A stretch of 34,538 nt of DNA, taken from positions 1-34,538 of the forward strand of contig JBIKWF010000040.1 in assembly GCA_044356455.1 (NCBI GenBank), in the 5' to 3' direction. Positions 9,364 to 18,641 of the stretch are shown here, piece by piece. This stretch comes from Bdellovibrionota bacterium (GTDB lineage Bacteria; Bdellovibrionota_C; UBA2361; JBGSMV01). Both the position numbers and the translations under genes were made by a program. Within the stretch, counting starts at the first letter, position 1, and the number at the start of each line of letters is the position of its first letter. The notes beneath the pieces were generated by a model, which saw only the letters and a list, made by a program, of their open reading frames with translations, had not been told where the DNA came from and ran no database searches.

Positions 9364-10062
9364 GTGAAAGTACTCTTGATAATTGATTTGCAGCGTGACT
9401 TTTGCCCAGGCGGTGCACTCGCAGTTCCTGAAGGGGACACTATTGTCCCTCTTGTGAATAAACTAATGCGGGAAGGGGGGTATGACCTAAAGATTGCTAC
9501 CCTGGACTGGCATCCAGAGAACCATGGTAGTTTCGCCGATAACCATCCGGGCAAAAAGCTTTTCGAAGTGATTGATCTTGAAGGAGTACCTCAAGTGCTT
9601 TGGCCCCGGCACTGTGTGCAAGGTACTGTAGGAGCTGAATTTCATCCGCACTTCGACGCTCACGCACTCAATTATATTGTAAAAAAGGGTCTTCGCCCCC
9701 TCGTAGATAGCTACAGCGGATTCTTCGACAATCAAAAGCGAGGCTCCACAGAACTTCTCGATATTCTAAAGAGCGAAGCGGCGCGCCGAGGGGAAGCGGC
9801 CGAGGATATAGAACTACACATCGTGGGACTTGCCCTCGATTACTGCGTGGCATTTACGGCCCTAGATGCCGCAGATCTTAAACTTAAAGCTTCAGTTGTA
9901 GTGGATGCAACTCGCGCGGTGAATGTATCGCCGGGCGATGACGCTGCTAGTTTGAGGAAGCTTGTTGAAAGGGGAGTAGAGGTCGTGGAGTCAAATAACT
10001 TGCTTAGCGAGATGGCAAGGGAGGTAGGAGGCCGTGGACGCACTTCTGAAATCAGGCTCTAG
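9364..10062 (+). CDS. pncA: Nicotinamidase/pyrazinamidase
   Basis: IIDLQRDFCPGGAL, DWHPENH, WPRHC, DSYSGF and GLALDYCV motifs. Start is GTG 9364, preceded by AGGAGG at 9351-9356. Confidence 0.95.
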   Translation: MKVLLIIDLQRDFCPGGALAVPEGDTIVPLVNKLMREGGYDLKIATLDWHPENHGSFADNHPGKKLFEVIDLEGVPQVLWPRHCVQGTVGAEFHPHFDAHALNYIVKKGLRPLVDSYSGFFDNQKRGSTELLDILKSEAARRGEAAEDIELHIVGLALDYCVAFTALDAADLKLKASVVVDATRAVNVSPGDDAASLRKLVERGVEVVESNNLLSEMAREVGGRGRTSEIRL

Positions 10063-10891
10063 GAAACTTGAGCTCAGGAGGGAGGAAGGAGCAGAAGGGG
10101 AGCTCAGGCTCCCAGCCTTTGAGCCGCAGTTGACTGCGCATCAACCGCTGCTTTCGTCGCTTCGAGAGTTGACTGGGAAGATTGGTATTTTTGGGGGCAC
10201 TTTTGATCCGGTTCACATCGGACATCTTTCGAGTGCGGAACATGCCTGCCGAATAGCCGGGCTCTCTGCGGTGGTTTTTGTTCCCACCGCGAGAAATCCT
10301 CAAAAAATGGAGGGCCCCATAGCCGGAAACTTTGCTCGTCTTGAGCTGCTGCTAGGAGCACTCTCGACAGAGCCAAACTTCTTTGTTTCTTCCGTGCAGC
10401 TTCTTGGTCAGGTAGAGAGTTACTCAATTGATCTTCTAAAATATGTAGCCCAGGAGTCCCCCCAAGCCGAGCTGTACCTGATTGTGGGATCTGACTGTTT
10501 AGGTGCTCTCTCTCGCTGGAAAGAGGTCCATACCATGCTTGAAATGGCGAGACTCGTAGTGGTGGAAAGGCCGGGGTATCCCGTGCCAGAAGGAATGAAG
10601 CTCGAGGGGTTCTCCGAGCAGGAACATGCCTTCATTTTTGGGAATGTGGTGCGCGGTGTTCCGCACGAGGTGAGTAGCACTCAAATCCGGCGGGAACTTG
10701 GGCTTGGATTAGAGCCCACGGACGTCCTCCCAAGTGGAGTTAGGGCACTTATCAAGGAGAGAGGTTTGTACCGTGCTGGCGATAAGTTAGGTTACGAGGC
10801 AAGTAGAGAAGGCGGACGAGGCAGCCCTTCACGGTCAAAATTTTCAAACTCAACCTCTTCAATGAGTCGTTCCATTTCTCCCGTGGTATGA
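10034..10891 (+). CDS. nadD: Nicotinate-nucleotide adenylyltransferase
   Basis: GIFGGTFDPVHIGH, IVGSD, VSSTQIR and GLY motifs; overlaps the pncA end; start codon uncertain. Confidence 0.93.
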   Translation: MDALLKSGSRKLELRREEGAEGELRLPAFEPQLTAHQPLLSSLRELTGKIGIFGGTFDPVHIGHLSSAEHACRIAGLSAVVFVPTARNPQKMEGPIAGNFARLELLLGALSTEPNFFVSSVQLLGQVESYSIDLLKYVAQESPQAELYLIVGSDCLGALSRWKEVHTMLEMARLVVVERPGYPVPEGMKLEGFSEQEHAFIFGNVVRGVPHEVSSTQIRRELGLGLEPTDVLPSGVRALIKERGLYRAGDKLGYEASREGGRGSPSRSKFSNSTSSMSRSISPVV

Positions 10892-13623
10892 AAGTCCGGT
10901 GTCTTGGTAAGAAAGTATTTTTTGTTCCTTCGCTCTTCAATTTGATCTGAAGTGAGGGCTCCCTCGTCTTCAGAAAGTGCGCGGTATCTGAGAGCTGTTT
11001 CGGGTATGAGATTCTGAGAGATAGAGAGGTAGAGCTGTGCTGCCTCAAGGTTTGAGTCTGAGGGCTCCATATTCTGAATTTTATCGAGCGCCTGTTCCAG
11101 GTCCTTGGACGCTTTGTGAAGGTCGCTCAGCAAGCCATCGATCTTTCCCACGTATTCTTGATGACCAGGCATTTCATTCTTAGTAGCGTAAGACTTGAGC
11201 AGCGCGAGGTTGAGCGCCTGCCGCGGAATCTCTGAGCGCCATAAGCGCTCAAGCTTTGCCTTAAAGGGATTAAAACCTTCGCTTGGTTCAAAATCCTGAG
11301 ACATTAACTCGTTATAGCGCTGCCTAAAGATCTGGGTATCAGTTGAAGCGCGTGGACAAAAATCAAGCGCAACTTGAGCAACTGCTGGATGCTCCTTCCA
11401 AAATTCATACATAAGATCAGAGTTCGGGCGGTCCCTCACAAAATAGCCTAGAAGCTTCGAGCGAATTACTGCGCGCCAAGCAGGATAATCGGGGTTTTCG
11501 AGAATGACTCTTGGCACCTGCCCCTTCACCACCATGCTGCAAATGGCTGCAAGTTCCTGGTCTGCATTGAACTTAGGGGAATCTCTTCGGATCGCCTCAA
11601 ATATTCTAGCGGCAGAAGGCTCTCCGCTCAGCAGCTCGTATTGTTCAATTCCCATTTCGCGAGCAGTGGCCGCGTCGCCAGCAAGTGCATACCCTTCATT
11701 GGTCATTAACATTACTCGGTTAGTCTCCTTGGAGTACATGAGGGGTTTCCCGTCTGGTCCAATTCGAATTTTTCCTGATTCATCTATCAGATAAGGAATA
11801 AATTCCCCGAGATAGAAATGCCTGCCGTCATGATCCATGAGGAGCACGAACCCAGGACCAGCCAGTATCGTGCCCAGGCCATTGAGCGGTTTTGGGCTGT
11901 CTGGAACCAGGGGGCTAAAAAAGATGGTCTCTGAGGGGTGGATAACATAACTTGGGCCTTGGCCCTCGCGCTCGAATATCCCGCGCACTTGTCCGCGTAG
12001 CTGCGGCGAGGAAAAGAGTGACGGGACATTCTCTTCGACTAGTCCGTGACCTTCACTCGCCTCGCCACTTAATTCCGCGAGGGCGCGTCCGGCCTGCGTG
12101 GTGAGCGCTAAGCCTCTCACAGGCGCCGCGTTCGAATTGGCCCGTTCGACGAGTCCGGCGGCAAGGCTTAGCAGGAGATCCGAGCATTCTCCCTTCCAGA
12201 CCATCTCACGAATGTCGGAAGCTCTAATCAAAAAGGTATAATTTACCGTGTCGCCTTTCCTGCTAGAGTTCACTTTTGTGGGATCCACCTCCATCAAAAA
12301 TACATGGTCTGCATCGGGGCTAAAGCCTGGACTTCGAAAGCCGCGCATGACGGGAGAGAGCGACTCAGCGGAGGCCGAAAGGCCTGTTTCGTATTCGAGA
12401 GCTGAAATCGCCCGCGCCGCAAGCTCTTCTGGTGAGCGAGCGGAGCCTACAGTTCCCGTGACAATTTCTACATGCCTTTCGTTGGTGGCAAAAGCAATCG
12501 GGTGTACGTGATTCTCCCGGAATCTACTGGCAAGAGCCACACGAGCACCGATATTGGCCACAAGGTATGGCTCGGCATTTCCGGATTCATCTGCAATGCG
12601 GCACCAACCGATTGATGCCACGCAGTCAACATCCTTGCGAGCGACAAGCTCTGCTTCGAAGGAATGAAGGCTCTTGCCAGTTTCACTGATGGTCGTGACC
12701 GGAAGTTTATACTCCCGAAGGAATGGATCTGCGGGATTCTTAACTTCTTCGAGAGTAAGAGTTGAAACGACTTTAGGGAGTTTGTTCTCCCCCGAGAGAA
12801 GAGCTCCAAGCTCAGCCTGTGAAAGGATAGGAAGATTAGAGGAGACTTCTGAGCGCTCGTACACCCTGCCATTTGAAAGCGATAGGTGGGGCGGGAGAGT
12901 TATCTCTTCTCCCTTAAGTTCAGCGAGGCGCATGGCGCGCTCAAGCAGACGCATGCAAAAGATGTCAGGACTATGTGGACCAAGCGTGCGGTTAAAAATT
13001 TCCTGGAGGGAGAGCGAAAGTGTCTCTCTTGAGCCCGCGAAGTTCATTCCGATTACGGCAAGTCTTCCATCGGCGGGAAGAGTTACTTCTTGGGCGCGAG
13101 GGAAAGCGGCTTCGGGAGAATTTGGCAGAACTACCGAGGCTCCTCCCAGAATAATGGAAGAATTCTTTGTCTCCACCCCAAGTCTGTTTGCGGCAATTGA
13201 GAGTTCGGTCTCGTGTATCGATCTCGCGGCGAAAGCTCCCGGGAGCCCAATCAGCATTCCCTCGGTTGCTGCCGGGTGGAAGGGCGCTCCAAGCTGGTCC
13301 CGCGCTGTGAGTGTTGGCCAGCAGCAGCGCGAGCAAATCAAATGAGTGCGCCTCCCATCGGGCGAGGGATGAAAGAGAACTGCATCAACTACGTCCTGCT
13401 GGTTCTTATAGGCAATCGTGTAGACCTGAGGGGCGCAGAGCATTGTTCCAGAACCATCGAGCGGCGCGGCGAGAAATGAATGTGTGGTTACTGCAGCAGT
13501 CGCTGCCGATACGAGAGTTCCTGGAACGACTCGCGCGATTATGCGAGGGTCCTGAGCGCCAGGATGTATCACGTGGGTCGACTCACGTGCCGGGCTTTGA
13601 GCAGCGGACTTAACTTCAGTCAT
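10792..13623 (-). CDS. Large protein: two degenerate Nudix-like domains plus an unknown helical C-terminal domain
   Basis: 943-aa ORF. Second domain has DVDCV...RAISALEYETG...FRSPGFS...FLMEVDP...SDLLL, resembling ORF 6513-7811. C-terminal part carries HDGRH and NEG. Confidence 0.6.
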   Translation of the reverse strand: MTEVKSAAQSPARESTHVIHPGAQDPRIIARVVPGTLVSAATAAVTTHSFLAAPLDGSGTMLCAPQVYTIAYKNQQDVVDAVLFHPSPDGRRTHLICSRCCWPTLTARDQLGAPFHPAATEGMLIGLPGAFAARSIHETELSIAANRLGVETKNSSIILGGASVVLPNSPEAAFPRAQEVTLPADGRLAVIGMNFAGSRETLSLSLQEIFNRTLGPHSPDIFCMRLLERAMRLAELKGEEITLPPHLSLSNGRVYERSEVSSNLPILSQAELGALLSGENKLPKVVSTLTLEEVKNPADPFLREYKLPVTTISETGKSLHSFEAELVARKDVDCVASIGWCRIADESGNAEPYLVANIGARVALASRFRENHVHPIAFATNERHVEIVTGTVGSARSPEELAARAISALEYETGLSASAESLSPVMRGFRSPGFSPDADHVFLMEVDPTKVNSSRKGDTVNYTFLIRASDIREMVWKGECSDLLLSLAAGLVERANSNAAPVRGLALTTQAGRALAELSGEASEGHGLVEENVPSLFSSPQLRGQVRGIFEREGQGPSYVIHPSETIFFSPLVPDSPKPLNGLGTILAGPGFVLLMDHDGRHFYLGEFIPYLIDESGKIRIGPDGKPLMYSKETNRVMLMTNEGYALAGDAATAREMGIEQYELLSGEPSAARIFEAIRRDSPKFNADQELAAICSMVVKGQVPRVILENPDYPAWRAVIRSKLLGYFVRDRPNSDLMYEFWKEHPAVAQVALDFCPRASTDTQIFRQRYNELMSQDFEPSEGFNPFKAKLERLWRSEIPRQALNLALLKSYATKNEMPGHQEYVGKIDGLLSDLHKASKDLEQALDKIQNMEPSDSNLEAAQLYLSISQNLIPETALRYRALSEDEGALTSDQIEERRNKKYFLTKTPDFHTTGEMERLIEEVEFENFDREGLPRPPSLLAS

Positions 13624-13922
13624 AGGGCGGCGCTTGTAATGATGCAGCTCTATGGTAGCAGGGATAGCGAACTAAGAAACTCGCCACGCGTGCATATAGT
13701 GATGTGGTTCTAAATAGTTAGCCTTTGCCTAGCGGCCACGTCGAGCCTCGCCGTAGGGCACAGAGGCTGGGTAGCTTTAAAAGATAGCGACTAAGGTGAG
13801 CGATTTGTGCCCACGGTCAGAAATGTGCACGGTTAGAAATGTTCATGGCCAGAAATTAGCCAGGAACTGAAATCTGCAGCAGAAACTGAATGGGCGTGAA
13901 GGGATCCCACGAGATACAGCGG

Positions 13923-14191
13923 CTAGGAGTGTGTCCCGTAGAAACATAAATCTTCATTTTGGACACAATCCGTAGCCGCCTTTTCTCGCTGCAGTTCGGT
14001 CGCGTCGAAATATGCGAAATGAAAAGGCGAGCTGAGCCCCTATTCGAGGAGATGTCCGCGCAATGGGCTACTTGCAGCACTCTAGGGAGTTCGGAGCCTT
14101 GTAGGGCGTATGAGCAATAGGGGCTAGGTGGGCTGTCCCGCTGCCACCACAACATGTAGTGGTAGAAATTTTCTACGGGACAGACTCCTAG
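13923..14191. mobile_element. MITE-like element (about 261 bp) with 18-bp terminal inverted repeats flanked by CTAG
   Basis: CTAG-GAGTGTGTCCCGTAGAAA ... TTTCTACGGGACAGACTC-CTAG (17/18 match); both ends recur at 34230-34346. Confidence 0.75.
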
Positions 14192-16029
14192 CGAATTTCC
14201 CCCTGCCTCTCCATCCCTGCAAGTCTCTCATGTACGGTAATCTCGTTAAATGCATCCCTTGAGAGTGGTATCCTCCTTCCTGAGCCTCCCGACTTTCTTG
14301 TTACGCGAAGCCCTGGAGGCGTCTGTCTTCGTTTGTGCTCAGAGATATCAATCATTGAAAGTGTTCGCACGACTATCTGGAGAGCTTTAGTTTCCTCGAT
14401 TCCGAATTCACTTCCAAGCCATGCAACAAGCTCCTGAGGAGAGGGGGTTGTCTCGACTATTTTATCAACAAGGGGAGCAAGAATAGGATACGGAGCCGGC
14501 AAATTAGCCTCATCGGTTTGTCCCTTCTCTAGCTCTGCGGTAGGTGGCCGGGTCAAGACAGACTGCGGAATGATTGCTCGGCCGGCCCTTTCATTCACAT
14601 ACTCGGCAAGATCGTAGACACGCATCTTGTTGACATCCATAAGGGGGCCAAACGCTCCCGCGAGGTCACCGTATAAGGTTCCATACCCCATAAAAGCTTC
14701 GGTCTTATTGGTGTTATTTATAACGAAGGCCCCCGGAATCTCATTTGCAATCTCCATGAGAATTCCCATGCGAATTCGGGCCTGAAAGTTCTGTTTGGTA
14801 ATACTTTTGGGCTCCCCCTCGCCGCTTGCAAGGCGATCTTCAAGCCAGGCCTGATATATTCTCCCAATTGGACGAACCTGACACGGTACCCCTACCGCCT
14901 CCGGAACGGCTTTGGCGTCAGCAAGCGTTTCCTCACTGGTAATATGAGAAGGCATGGTAACCGCAATTACATTCTCTGGACCTAAGGCTTCAGCAAGTAA
15001 GCAGGTGTCGAGGGCTGAATCGATACCACCACTCGATCCGATGATGGCTTTTGTACCGCCATTCCGGGCGAAATAATCCCGAATGCCCTGAATAAGGGCG
15101 TGGTGGAGATCCTCAACGTCTCGGTACTTCGGTTCTATGACCGCTGCGCTTCCCTTTACGGTATGGACAATAAAGTCTTCTTCGAATGATTTTCCGAGTG
15201 CACGTATGGTCCCGTCTTCCCCCAACGCAAAGCTTTTCCCGTCAACCGCTACCTCGCCTTCATAGCCATCGTAGGTTCCCACTGAGTTCACATAGACAAT
15301 TTCCGTTCCATGTTTCTCGGCGAGGGGTCTCAGAAGGTTCATGCGGGTTTCAAATTTTCCAAAATTGGCAGGAGAGACCGCAGGGATGATCAATACATCT
15401 GGCTTCTCTGCCAGGAGTGTTTCCGGGACATTTTCGTCATGATCAGAATGAAACATGTCTTCACAAATGCACATGCCGATGCGCTTTCCTTTAAGCAGGA
15501 AGGTGCGCACTTCTTTCCCAGGCTGAAAATAGCGATCGTCCCAAAATATGTCGCCTTGTCCTCGGTCGCGCGTGGTCCCAGCCATTAATCGCTTGTCGAC
15601 CGTGTGAGTAATCTTTCCGTCCTCTATGATAATCATAGAGTTGAAAGGCTTTTCGTTTTCATGACCAGGAGAAGGGTTTAACCGCGGCGAACCAATAGCG
15701 ACGGCCACCTTCTTCCCCCGTGTTGCGGCTACCACAATTTGAGTTGCTCGCTCACAGGCCTGAATGAATCTCTTGTTCTCGAATCTATCGAGCGCGAAAT
15801 AGCCGGCGAGGTGTGCTTCGGGAAAGATCACGAGGTCAACGCCTTCCTTCTCGGCTCTGTCGATAGTTCTTAGTGCAACTTCAAGATTGTAGGGAATATT
15901 GGCCGCTCGACTGGCAATCTGTGCCATCGCTATTCGTAACTCGCCGGTCTGTGAGGGGACGTGAGGAAGTGCAACGCTCTCATCAGATTGACGCTGTGCG
16001 GTCGAAATAGGAGAAGGAGAACTCGGCAT
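14188..16029 (-). CDS. nadE: Glutamine-dependent NAD(+) synthetase
   Basis: Nitrilase-type domain with E-K-C triad (FPE, VDKR, ICED) followed by SGGIDS, NFQARIR, NKTE, GYGTLYGD, PPTAEL and KRRQTPPG. Confidence 0.96.
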   Translation of the reverse strand: MPSSPSPISTAQRQSDESVALPHVPSQTGELRIAMAQIASRAANIPYNLEVALRTIDRAEKEGVDLVIFPEAHLAGYFALDRFENKRFIQACERATQIVVAATRGKKVAVAIGSPRLNPSPGHENEKPFNSMIIIEDGKITHTVDKRLMAGTTRDRGQGDIFWDDRYFQPGKEVRTFLLKGKRIGMCICEDMFHSDHDENVPETLLAEKPDVLIIPAVSPANFGKFETRMNLLRPLAEKHGTEIVYVNSVGTYDGYEGEVAVDGKSFALGEDGTIRALGKSFEEDFIVHTVKGSAAVIEPKYRDVEDLHHALIQGIRDYFARNGGTKAIIGSSGGIDSALDTCLLAEALGPENVIAVTMPSHITSEETLADAKAVPEAVGVPCQVRPIGRIYQAWLEDRLASGEGEPKSITKQNFQARIRMGILMEIANEIPGAFVINNTNKTEAFMGYGTLYGDLAGAFGPLMDVNKMRVYDLAEYVNERAGRAIIPQSVLTRPPTAELEKGQTDEANLPAPYPILAPLVDKIVETTPSPQELVAWLGSEFGIEETKALQIVVRTLSMIDISEHKRRQTPPGLRVTRKSGGSGRRIPLSRDAFNEITVHERLAGMERQGEIR

Positions 16030-16159
16030 AGGGCACCTCTAAGAAACATCCTTGGAACGTGCTAAGTATGTATGTTTGGGCATAATGAATAAAAGAAATG
16101 CGCGAATTCACATAATACGCGCTAATTCATGTGAAAAGTGGCATGCTGGGTGAGTTGTC

Positions 16160-18409
16160 CTAACTGAGTAACTCAAGGGCATGTGCCGCCCTGAGCACAC
16201 CTGTGAGTAGATGAGCATCGTGAATGTCCTTATACCTGCTCATAAGTGAGCTGAGAGAAACCCAGTAGAGAGAGCTTCGCGCTTCTGAGTGTTTCGAGAG
16301 GTCAACTTCAACGGCGAAGGGATACACAACTTCTGGTACTAATCCAGGTGAGGGGTAGTATCTACCGCCAAGTGGTTGCATGGATAAGAGTTGCTCGCCA
16401 AATTCTTCTTTTAGTCGAGCGCCCGCGAATGCATGCGCTTCGGGGAGATTCGTTATCCCCTTGGGAACTCGAAACGCGGGGGGAGTGAGCACTCGAGACC
16501 CATCTCCATAGGCGATACCCGCGGGCAGGTCTCGTTCCTCAATACCGACAAGAATCTCTCCCTTTACTTTCGCAAGCGGAAGATACACGAGCGTATTGCT
16601 ACTTAGGCTACGTGGAGTTGCGTACTCCAGGATGTTCTCGGCAAGAGCGTTGCCTTGGGCATTTCTCTCAGTGAAACGAGAAGTTCTTTTTTCATAGAAA
16701 CGTCCTTCGGCCATTGGGACTATTTCATGAAATTTTGTGCGTGGGCTCTCTGTAAAGAGCGCATTTGCATCCGTCTTAGGTACGCTTACGTCTTGGTTCA
16801 AAAGAGAGAGCTCGGCTCCTATCCAAGGACCCACGGAGCGCCCCTTCTCAATCAGTAGATGGTAGGTGTTTACCTCAAGGCGCGAATCGAAGAGGCCACC
16901 TACGGCAGCAGCTCTAAGAAGTTGCAGCGCCTCGATTGGCTTCTCGGCGCCGGAAGTTGAAAAATTGCTGTAGTGCGGAGTTCTCAGTGGGCTTGAGGGC
17001 TTCTTAATTTCAACCAATTCTGACTGCGCACACTGGTCTATAGCTCCAGGAGAGGGGTAATAGCGGAGGCCACGCTCTATCGAAAGGATGTCTTCCTGAG
17101 ATATTCCCGATCGCTCCGTGAGTACTTTGTCGAGAGTAGAAGAGGACACTTCATCAACAAACGCCGTAAGAGGTTCGGCGATATATCCTGCGAGGCCCGA
17201 GTGGTCGAGGGGATTTTTATCGACGGTGAGTATTGGCCTAGGGTAGTCGACCTTGCCGATTATCCATAAATTCCCTTGATCTTCGAACCAAGGCACAAGG
17301 TCGACGGTAGGGTTGGGACGGGAGGCAATCTCGTACACTGCGCCCGTATCAATGTGCCGGAAGAATTTGAGGGAGGTGAATGGAGTAGTGCTGGGTTCCG
17401 CGAGGCGCTCTTCTTTAAATCCCGTGCCCTCTTGGGGCGTAACCTTAGTCGCCGTAATAACGAGATTCGTAGGAGGAAAGGGAAGGGGACGTCCATTTAA
17501 TTCAAAAAGCCGAGCTTTGCCTTCGAGGCGGTGCGTAACAATCCAAGGATTTAAAATTTCACTGCTGAAAGACACACGCAGACCACGCTTTTCAAGCTCT
17601 TGGTGAAATTCTTTGCGTGAGAAGTAGGTATACTCCTCTTGTAATTCCACATCCCAGGTCTTGCGATAATCTTTTCGAAGAAGAAATTCGGTCGCATCTC
17701 GTAAGCTGAGCTGATAGCGTTTCCACCCTGGCTCTGCGCAAGGCAAGTCCGAGTAGTTCACACCAGAGTCTGGATGCACACTCGAACGAAAATCTCGGGC
17801 GAAGCGCCGAAAAAGAGCGGCGGTTGAAAGAGCTTCTATTTCCCCTGAGTCAACTCCATCCTCTGAAGGGAGCTCTAGAATTATTTGATTGGGCCCCTCT
17901 GGAATTACAAAGTCTCTCACCACAAGTTTCCCTCCTGGTTTAAGAGCTGCTGCGATTTGGTCGAGACAGTTCTTAACAGGCGCAAGTGAGAATCCATTAA
18001 AGCTCGTCAGATGGTGAAAGACAGAGCAGGCAAATACTCCATCAAGTGAAGAAGGGGGCGCGAATTCTTTGCCAATATCGGCGGTAATAAAGCGAAGGTT
18101 AGGAAGTTGATATCGACGGGACGAAAGCTCGATCATGGTTGGATCGACGTCGATGCCAAGTACCTGGACATGTGGATAGAGAGAGGCTACGGAAAAAGAT
18201 CCCGAGCCGGATCCTGAGCCTAAATCGGCAATCACTCCTGATGCGGGAAAGTGAGCGGTGGTGCGCGCAATCTTTTCTCGCATACTGGCGTCCATCGCTG
18301 CCATATGGCGCCGGTAGGCTTCAACGGAGCCGCGGTCTTGCAGAGAGTAGAGGGCTAACTCTCGTTCAGTTTGATGTGGTTGCAGCTTTGCGCTGGTAGC
18401 GGGGCCCAT
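16160..18409 (-). CDS. Class I SAM-dependent methyltransferase fused to two degenerate Nudix-like domains
   Basis: IADLGSGSG, GIDVD, SVFHH and LKPGG motifs, then two domains each with RYYPSPG and ending DSRL / HDAHLL; RLKEEFG is a Nudix-box remnant. Confidence 0.8.
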   Translation of the reverse strand: MGPATSAKLQPHQTERELALYSLQDRGSVEAYRRHMAAMDASMREKIARTTAHFPASGVIADLGSGSGSGSFSVASLYPHVQVLGIDVDPTMIELSSRRYQLPNLRFITADIGKEFAPPSSLDGVFACSVFHHLTSFNGFSLAPVKNCLDQIAAALKPGGKLVVRDFVIPEGPNQIILELPSEDGVDSGEIEALSTAALFRRFARDFRSSVHPDSGVNYSDLPCAEPGWKRYQLSLRDATEFLLRKDYRKTWDVELQEEYTYFSRKEFHQELEKRGLRVSFSSEILNPWIVTHRLEGKARLFELNGRPLPFPPTNLVITATKVTPQEGTGFKEERLAEPSTTPFTSLKFFRHIDTGAVYEIASRPNPTVDLVPWFEDQGNLWIIGKVDYPRPILTVDKNPLDHSGLAGYIAEPLTAFVDEVSSSTLDKVLTERSGISQEDILSIERGLRYYPSPGAIDQCAQSELVEIKKPSSPLRTPHYSNFSTSGAEKPIEALQLLRAAAVGGLFDSRLEVNTYHLLIEKGRSVGPWIGAELSLLNQDVSVPKTDANALFTESPRTKFHEIVPMAEGRFYEKRTSRFTERNAQGNALAENILEYATPRSLSSNTLVYLPLAKVKGEILVGIEERDLPAGIAYGDGSRVLTPPAFRVPKGITNLPEAHAFAGARLKEEFGEQLLSMQPLGGRYYPSPGLVPEVVYPFAVEVDLSKHSEARSSLYWVSLSSLMSRYKDIHDAHLLTGVLRAAHALELLS

Positions 18410-18641
18410 GGCTAGAATATGGGCATTTTAATGACTTTATGCGAATTGATGAATCAAGTGGCAGCTTTTGAGGCACGGGATGCTAAAAATGACATTTTTT
18501 AGAAGCCCGGCTTCCACCGAGACGCTTAAATCGGCAACTGCCCAATATTACTGAGGAATCTGGTTGCGCAGCGGTGAGTTTCTGCTCTTAAGGAACCCGC
18601 TCTTTTCGCAGGCTCATACCTAAGGATGTGGATTAGGGGGG

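Noticed and set aside
7824..10891. Phage NARP1/NARP2 pathway or prophage
   Set aside because: The enzymes look like PncA/PncB/NadD rather than an ADPR-PP synthetase or NAMPT-type pair, and there are no phage structural or integrase genes.
12674..13345. 223-aa plus-strand ORF
   Set aside because: Antisense shadow of the 943-aa gene, Ser/Arg-rich, with no motifs.
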